A DNA stretch of 64,000 bases, from NCBI GenBank assembly GCA_965644265.1, contig OZ286469.1, forward strand, positions 88,660,001-88,724,000, in the 5' to 3' direction. Below, piece after piece: positions 54,501 through 63,500 of this stretch. Positions within the stretch are counted from its first letter, which is position 1. The number at the start of each line of letters is the position of its first letter. Below the pieces are notes generated by a model. That model ran no database searches, had not been told where the DNA came from, and saw nothing but the letters and a program-made list of their open reading frames with translations. Position numbers and translations under genes: made by a program. Source of the stretch: Glycera tridactyla (taxonomy: Eukaryota).

Positions 54501-57500
54501 CCAACCGTATAACATCAATCAATAGAATCAAAACCCACTTGGATTAATTAATTTGATCTCTGGGCAAATTATCTCATTCACCACTCTAGATACAAATGTG
54601 ATATCGTTGTTTTCATGAGACCAATGGAGGGCTTTGTAGACAGGTTTATTGCACTTGTTATCTCAGAATAACGGAGGTCAGAGGTCAGAGGATGGCTGGC
54701 GTTCCTGCGGCACAATTTCTCGACCATGTACAATTATTCATGTCTCTTAATTATCATGGTATAATTGGTGTTTCCCATGGTCTTCCAACATTCCTGACAA
54801 TGTCCGTGAGCAATAAACTTGTGTTAGCATCACAGATGATATATCCAGAATAATTACGGATGGGATACCAGCTACACCCTGCATGAAACATGGGGATTAT
54901 ATAATAACTAATGCAGTATCCAGGATTCTAAACTAAATTTTTTCTCCACCTGCCCTCCCAAATATATTCACCTGCCCTCCTCAACATAGATATATCATGA
55001 ATTTACAGTGGTAATGCACCTGCTTATTGGCAGGCAGGCTAAAAATTACCAGCCCTATCAATCAACCTGCCTATTAGTGCCAGTTGGGCAGACCTTAGTA
55101 AAGGGCCCTGATCTCCTCTTGAAGGTATATATCTGGCAATATCAAATAGAGGAGGCACTTCCAAAGAGGAGCGTCATCAGATAAGGTCTCTTTTTCAGGG
55201 ATGAAAGTTGCTATCATGAAATACATCTGAAACAGTCACCCCCAAATTTCCAATATGATCAAAATATCTGAAAATGTGGGCTATCAATGCCAAATATGTG
55301 ATTTCAGATATTTATCTGAAAACTCTCATCACTGTCATTACAGACTATTCTCTATAGAACACAAGCGTACACTGCAGTTAGTGAAAGTATCAAAACACTT
55401 AGTAGTTTTCCCAATACAGTGAAACCTGTCTTGGGAGACCCCTCTTTTGAGAGACCACCCTCTAACGGGAGACCGCTCTTTATCGGCTCTCTTATATTTG
55501 ATATAGTCAAATATACCTCCAATGAAAGACCACCTGTCTTGAGAGACCACTTTTTGTTGGCGTTTGGGGCGGTCTCCCAAGACAGGTTTTACTGTATTGG
55601 TGCAATAACTGTAGGTGATTGAGGACAGACATCCATGCATCCTCGCCACAGATTCAGATGGCACTCTAGCCAGTCTTAGTCATCCCCTTGCATGACAGCC
55701 TTGGCAAAACAAGGACAGCACTGGCAAAACAAGAACTGTTGTAATCAGGCAACAAGTTGAACACAGCCTGTAGATCTACAAACACATGATCTCTCAATCC
55801 CAAGTTGGCCAACCACACATACTTTATTTCATCACATGAATGGCCTATACCACTTGCATGAGCATTTAAACTGGGATGATTCTCACAGATAAAGGCTACT
55901 CATGGGGATATATGTCAGGAACAATTGCATCTAATCATCAATAAGCTGAAGCATAACCAGGCACTGCATGTACAATATCTGCAGTGCCTACCATTCATAG
56001 GACACTTCAAGGAGGTCCAGATTCACTCAAATGATCACAGGTTATATACAGGGTCATTTAAATCCATCGGTGCCTCAAATGATCCTGACTCTGTGCAAAA
56101 CTATGTCGTTCTTGTCTTTCACCACATCACAGAAAGAGATAACAAATTGCTTGCTTTGGATTGCTGAGCCTCAACAAAATATAACATAAACATGTCAGAT
56201 GGAAATCAAGATGTTTCAGCTCACACTTACTGGGTGTTAAGCTTCCTACAATATTTACAGATTTCAAAGCCTTGTCTTGTATATGCAGCAGCCATTAGCA
56301 GCAGAGGCATAGGCTACACATTTTCTCATTCATCTAAAATGGTCCATGCCATATTGTCAAGTGGGTATCCCTGGAGTATTCTTCCTGATCATCACTGAAT
56401 CCTCAGGATTTCTGAAATTCTGGAATCCATGTGAAAAGTTTATTGAGGGAGTGGAAGCAAGATGAAAACTAATTTTGGAAGTTTTCAGTTTCTCCCTATC
56501 GTCAGTGGGCAGATGCACACAAATTCAAGGATCTGGATCCATTCACATGTTATTCCTTCAAACCAGCACGAGAGACCCCTTCTGTACAAAGACCAGTCTA
56601 CAAAAACATCCTCAAAAGCAGTTCATACCGTGAATTATCTCTCTCCAAATGCCATATTCTGTTGACAGCATTGACTTGTTGGTAAGCTCACGCCCTAGGC
56701 TCCCATTTTCGCCTTTTGGCCCCTTCAACACCTCCCCCCCCCCCCCCCCCCCATGGGTCAATTGGCCAAGTTTTCTTGTCTCAATTTACCACTTATATTC
56801 GAAACCTGGTCTATCATTTTCAGTCATGCCCTATGATATTTATGGTTCATGGGCCACATGTCCCCACTAAATTGTAAAAATATCTGAAGGTCTGGGGTAC
56901 AATTATATTTCATGAACAATTCGAGAATTGGCACAACTGAACTATGAAAGGGCGGTAGTGCACATGAATGACAGGAGTGGAGTATTTACCGAGACAGAGC
57001 GGCAGGCTGGGATTACGGGGCAGTGAATAAGCCATCACCCGAGCTTAGCTGGCACATGATGATTTAGTACTCATTAGTATTGAGTCAAACACCATTGTGT
57101 TACACCAACACTGAAGATGGAGACTTCATGCAATCAACTTTGATTAACTCAATAAATAACGCCATCATTACAGTTACATGTAGGAGCATCAACAAGTCAA
57201 CCTGTTTGCCTTACTGATAGTTTCAGTTTTGATAAATAGATGAGTTTACGACATTCTTGATATGATATTCCAGGGTTCTATGCTAAGAGTTGCCCTACTG
57301 GCACATGCAGGCAGATTTGTTGTTGGGGCAGGTGATTTTACCAGTTTGCATGCGCATGTGCGCACACACACGCACACACACACACACACACACACGAAGG
57401 GTTCCATGTTGGCCATAATATTTGGGAGCAAGTAGTCAAACCTGCTCTAAAGACCACCTCTCTATAAAAGACTGTGATCGTGGTCGTCTCTTCAACAGTA

Positions 57501-60500
57501 AATGACCTCTCTATAAGGACCGCTTTCTGATGCAACTGACGGTGGTCTTTACAGAAAGGTTAGACTGCTAATCAATTAAATTTTTTTGGCACTAATTGCA
57601 AATTGAAAAAAAACTGAGAGAAGCGGCATAAGTGATAGCCATGGGTTAACATGGTGTAATGGGCTCGGGGAAGATGGCAGAGCCATGCAGGAGTGGTTCA
57701 TGTTTAATTGGAAGTGTGGCAGCCATATTAATGTGTGGGTTGCAGGTCATTAAAGGGAGGCATATCAAATGAATCGGTCTGCCCTATCTGCTGATGTGAT
57801 CATTACACCACAGAGCAGTGCCAGAAGAATACACATGGTATCCGCTCATAATCACCAGGTATCCGTCCACAACAGTTGATGAGTTCATCAATGTGAAATA
57901 TCATTCATCTGTTGTTCAATCTACGATCTTTACCAACCACCTTACAAATCTGCCATAAGCATGAATTGTACTAAGCAAAAACTTTGCAAGAAATCATGCT
58001 GGAGTATTTTCACTGCATCTCACCTCTACTAAGCATGCACCTATTTTGAGCAGGCACTTTTGTCTTCCCTTTGGCTGCATACTTAGGATAGGTTTGCAAA
58101 TACCTAGGATAGGTTTGCAAATACTTAGGAGAGGTTTGCAAATGAGTAAGAAGGAATCTGGTAGAGTCAAACATATCTACAGCTCTCCTGTTTAGTCTAG
58201 GCCACCCTTGGTTGTGCAAAAATGATATTCATGGATAGGTGGCCTTCTTGAAGAGGGAGTTTACTGTATCAGATGATTTTGTCACCTATTTTGGGGATCT
58301 CATCCGAGGCAACAAAACATTCTGTGTGAGGACTTGTAGGTATGGCTTTTGGGGTACAGAGGGACCTGTATTCAGCAACCACCCTCGGGAAGTCAAAATG
58401 TGATCGCTGAATACAGGTGGTTGCTTAATACAGGTAAATTATAAATGAGAAAGTGGTTGCTTAAGGCAGGTGGTTGTTGAATACAGTGGTTGCTTTATAC
58501 AGGTTTAACTGTATCAATATTGTTGATGTCACCAACAGCGGCAGCAGCAACAATATAATCCACACCTCTTGTAGCACCAAGATCCATCATAAGTTCTGCA
58601 TATTACTGACAGATACTGTCTACCTCAACTGTCACTGAGCATGTCCCTTGTATACCTACAATTGTTCTCTACCTAGGTGTGAGAAGGTATGGCCACCATG
58701 GAGTATCATTCATACTTTTGTCTAGAATGAATCAACAATTTGACCCATGATATGAGTTTGCCATCATACCAAGCATCTAACCTGCCTCCTCAATGAGAGA
58801 GATACTGTCAGTGCTGGGTTGGCTGAAGCAGGGTTGCATCCAGGATTTTCTGAAATGGGGGCATTGGTCCCCTAAACTTTGAGAAAAGGGGGCATTTCAT
58901 CACAGAATGTCCAAAAATGGGTTCACTCAACATGGCATAGTTCAACCTTCTTGTTGATTTAGGGGGCATTATGGTCCCTGATTGTTCCAAAAAGGGGCCC
59001 ACACAGGACAAAATGTGTGAAATGCCCCCATGCCCCCCTCTGGATGCAAACCCGTGACGGCTATGGTCAAGAATACCATATCTGGTCAATCTCATAGCAA
59101 TCAGCTGTTTCCGTGCAAGCCATATTAGGTAAAACTGTTACACTATCTGACAGAATCAGAATACATATCAATCATATGGATATCTAAAATTGATGATTGG
59201 TCACCTAATCTTTAACAGTCAATCATCGGTGAGAGTCAATGATAGTCCAAACACAATTGATGGAGGATGGCATTTGGTGTAGAGGAAAAACTCTTACAGT
59301 CGAACATGCTCTAAAGACCACCTCCCTATAAAGACCACCCTGAGCTGCAACCGTGGTAGTAGGCGAACCTGCTCTAGAGACCACCTCTCTATAGAGACCA
59401 CCCTGAAGTGCGACCGTGGTAGTATTTTTAACAGTAAATGACCTCTCTATAAAGACCACCTGCCTATAAAGACTGCTTATTGATGCGACCGAAGGTGGTC
59501 TTTATAGACAGGTTCGACTGTATTTCCAACAGTGAATGACCTCTCTATAAGGACCCCCTGCCCATAAAGACCACTTTTTGATGCGACCGAAGGCGGTCTT
59601 TATAGACAGGTTTGACTGTATATCATTGTAAGGGGTCTGATTATATATCAGGAGGTATCTGACACTGATGACTGGTCATGTGGTTCCTTACAATCAATCT
59701 CAACTACGATCATCGACTGGCCTGACACCAACTGGCATATTATCGAAAGTGCGAACATGACCCGATATCTGTCGAGAAAATGAGCCAATGCTTCACTCCT
59801 GTGTCAATGAACGTAAAACAGTGACCTTTTGTCATTCTCCGGGGACCCATCACAAGATTGATCCATCCATCCACCCATAACACTTTCAGTTCTGAGGTAC
59901 ATCCAACGAGTTTTTGCTTGAGTCGGCAACCCAACAAAATTCCAGTGCTAGAGATGCCAACTTTGGAGGGACAAAAAGAGTAGTGTTGCCAATTTCAAAG
60001 AGAAGCAGTACTGGTATTTGCGAAGGAAAAATCTTGATTTGACAGTGTAACATCACTTGTAATATGCTGGAATTTTGGGCGGAGACAACTGTCCAACAAT
60101 ACCCAAAATCATTTAGACAGAATCATTTGGACAGTTGTGAGTTTGATATATGTTTCACAAATCCAGATTATTTGCGATTTCTTAATGTTGGTATCAGTCA
60201 CTGACCTTTCCAATGATGCAGAGAAATGAATATGACACACAAGGGGAGCATGAAATAACCGACTATTTTTGTTATCATTATTTCCATGGCTTGGAAAAAT
60301 CTCTTTTTATAGGAAAATAGTGCAGAACATGCTGTTTCCATTATAAAAGTTCTGGGGTTGGTTGTTTTTAGCATATTCTAGTACTTGATATAATGGTGCA
60401 TATCTTTGCAGAAAAGGCCCCGAAAATTCAAAACAGATTTTCGAAATCATATCCTTGAAATATCACAGAATTCTCAATTTTTTTCTTCGATATGGTACTA

Positions 60501-63500
60501 TCATCACAGAGTTTGCTGATCAATGTGAATTGGATTCCTCGCACACAAAGATTGATCAGAAATAAAACTGAATTACAAAATTTTCGAACAGAAAGCATAT
60601 GAGCATTTTTCAAAAAGTAGGACCAAGCTGCACTCAAGAGGTTTGTAGGTGATATATCTTTATTGTTAATTTGATGATGAACCAGCAGCTATAGTCCAAC
60701 AATTTGTCACTGGTAGAGCTACAAAAGATCCATTTTCCAAGGCTCTACCTCCTATGGTTATAATTTTATTCAGTTTTTATCAGCCAAAATCATCCATTTT
60801 TTACTACCGAAAGTGTTACACAAGGAGGGTGGGGTCAGCATTTCTCCTGTCATGCCCCAGTGCCATATCGCAGCATAATAATTCCATGTTTCCCTAAAAA
60901 CAGGATAATTTCCCTTTCTCATTCACCAAGAGCCAACCCAAAATTAGTTTAGGAAGATTCTGAAAATGTCAGTCAAAAAGTGTCATACGTACATCACCCT
61001 CCGTCAAAGAAAAATGACCCAATTTTGTAGCACCACTTACACAATATTTAAAAGTATGTGTACATCCTACATGGATGGTATCAAATCAAACACATCTTTT
61101 CTATGGATTTATGTGAAGAAACAAGCACAGAATCTCAAATTTCACTCGAAAATGATCTTGAGATAAAACAAAAACAAATGTCCGTCAAACATCATGTACA
61201 AAAAAGTGAACTTTGGGTTCCATTCCATGAGCTCGTCATGACTGCTGTCAGGTAATAAATCTTACACAGTGACCTTATGTTAGAAAGTTGCCACTGCCCC
61301 ATTCTCAAAGTTATCAAGAAGAATACAGCAGAGAAATAGTGAGAAGTAATTTTTGTCCGTCAAAGTTTTTGCTGAGTGATGTACGCACAAACAACAATAT
61401 TTCAGTATTCTCATGTATATTCCATCAGAAATGAGTGATGTACATGTTCCAATTGTAAATTGCAATTGTTGTAGGCATTTAATTCACTTGCCACTTCATT
61501 ACTGCAACTTTTACAAGCAAAAATGTTTTTTGTCAAACTTGTGGTCAAAAGTGATGCTATTCAAGTCAAGCGAAGTGGTTTCATTTAAAGGACAGGCTGA
61601 ATTTACATGTTTTAGCTTTCCCATGAACTTTTGGCACCTGAGACTAATGAATGCTAACAGTTAATTTTGATTGAGCTTTATCTGCAACAAGGTTAGAGAA
61701 GATTATTGTTCTGTACATCATTTTTGACATGGTAACTAATGAAATCATGGAATCATGGAGTCCAACACGATGTACATGTTTCCGATCACCAGTAAATGAA
61801 GGAATAAAAGCAATTGTGATTAATAGTGATGAGCAGGATGTCCAATACAATCATCGTCAAAGGAATCTTCACCTCATGTGTAAAATCTGACTACCCATGT
61901 GATTCTTGATAGATAATTTCTTGCCACTTGTCCAAAGTGATGTACAAATGTCAAACATAATGTACACAACAAAAAAGTTTCAAGTTAAGGTATTTTCTCT
62001 CATCTCTACACTGCAACTCTGATAGAGGATACCATCCTCCATGAGTCAGACTCAATGAGATCTGCAGGCATGATTAAATGTTGAAATTTAGCTTAGGAGA
62101 AGATTTTGAACATTTCTCAAAAAATTGCAAAAAAATAAAGTCGAAATATTGCCATGTATGGCCAAAATTTCTCACGGATCATTGCTGATTTATTATTTGC
62201 TGATCACTGAAGATATAACCTAATAATTCATGCACAAGCAAGCCAGCTGTAATAAGTAGAAATACTTTTTTCCTTTCAAAATAGCCCTGGGAGTGATGTA
62301 TATGATGCATACCACCTTCTGCAGGTTGAACCCCAATAACATAAGTTACCTTGTTCTAAGAACTGGGGTTTTGGTGGTTTTTGGAAACAGACATGTTCAT
62401 CTTTCATTTGGTACAAAGTTTGAAATGATACGATGAATTTGAATTTTGGACCCTTTTTAACACTTCTTGGTCCTACTTTTTGAAAAAGGGTCATATGTTT
62501 ACTGGAAAAATAAACAGTATCATGATTATATGCATGAAGCGACAGCCCCCACAACATTCCTTCATGGTATATGCCAGATTTCTAAAGTTTGAATAAGAGT
62601 AAAAATCATTGGCTATGTGTGAATGGTTGAAGGTCAGGTCTGTTTAGCACCAATGATGTATTGGATCTGAAGGAACATGGCTCTCTTCAGACCAGACCAA
62701 TGTGATGTGAGTAAGTTTAAACAAACTAAAGCTTGTCGAAATCACGTGTCCTCAAGTCGTGACTTGACACCGAGGCTGTCAGCTTAGTTGCTCCAGAACG
62801 AGCCAAACAAGATGTAATCACCCAAATGGAATACACATCAACCCTAATAAGTAACCTTTGGTAGCAAACAAAGCTCGGAAAGATGACTAATTGAGTATTC
62901 TACTGCACCTGTATGCAAGATCTAGGGGTGCAAGATTTAGTGGTCCGGCATCGGCATCAAAGACTCGCATTTCCTGTTTGTCCATTACATATCTTGGGCT
63001 ACATTATGAGAAACGGCCTTGAATGTAATCAAAGTACAGTCCCTCATGAGTCCTTTCATGTCTGTCCCACAATTTTTCTACTGGGCCACCTGGAAACTGG
63101 CCGCTTTTAGCCTGGCTAGCCTCTTAGGATTGGTCCATGTAGCCAAAAAGATTTACCGAAACCAACTTAGCAGCAAATTCTCAACAACTTACGGTCGAGT
63201 TTGGTTCATATGAAATCAACCCGCTGTTCTGCAACCTAATTATTTCAAACAAACTCATCATTCCCACCCATGGCCATTGGGAAGGAGTCACCATCTAGCA
63301 CATATGGCGCTGACGCAACGTCATCCACCTTTCATCATTGGTTGAAAACAACAAAAAGAGCTGGGCCAGTGAACCCCTAATAGGTCATATTGATTGGCCA
63401 AAAAAGCAAAAATGTGGGCCATGGGCCCGGGCCCACCAGAAATCTGGAGCTCTGCTCAAACTATCAAAGTTATGAAGCATCATGTTCAGCCCTTTGATCC

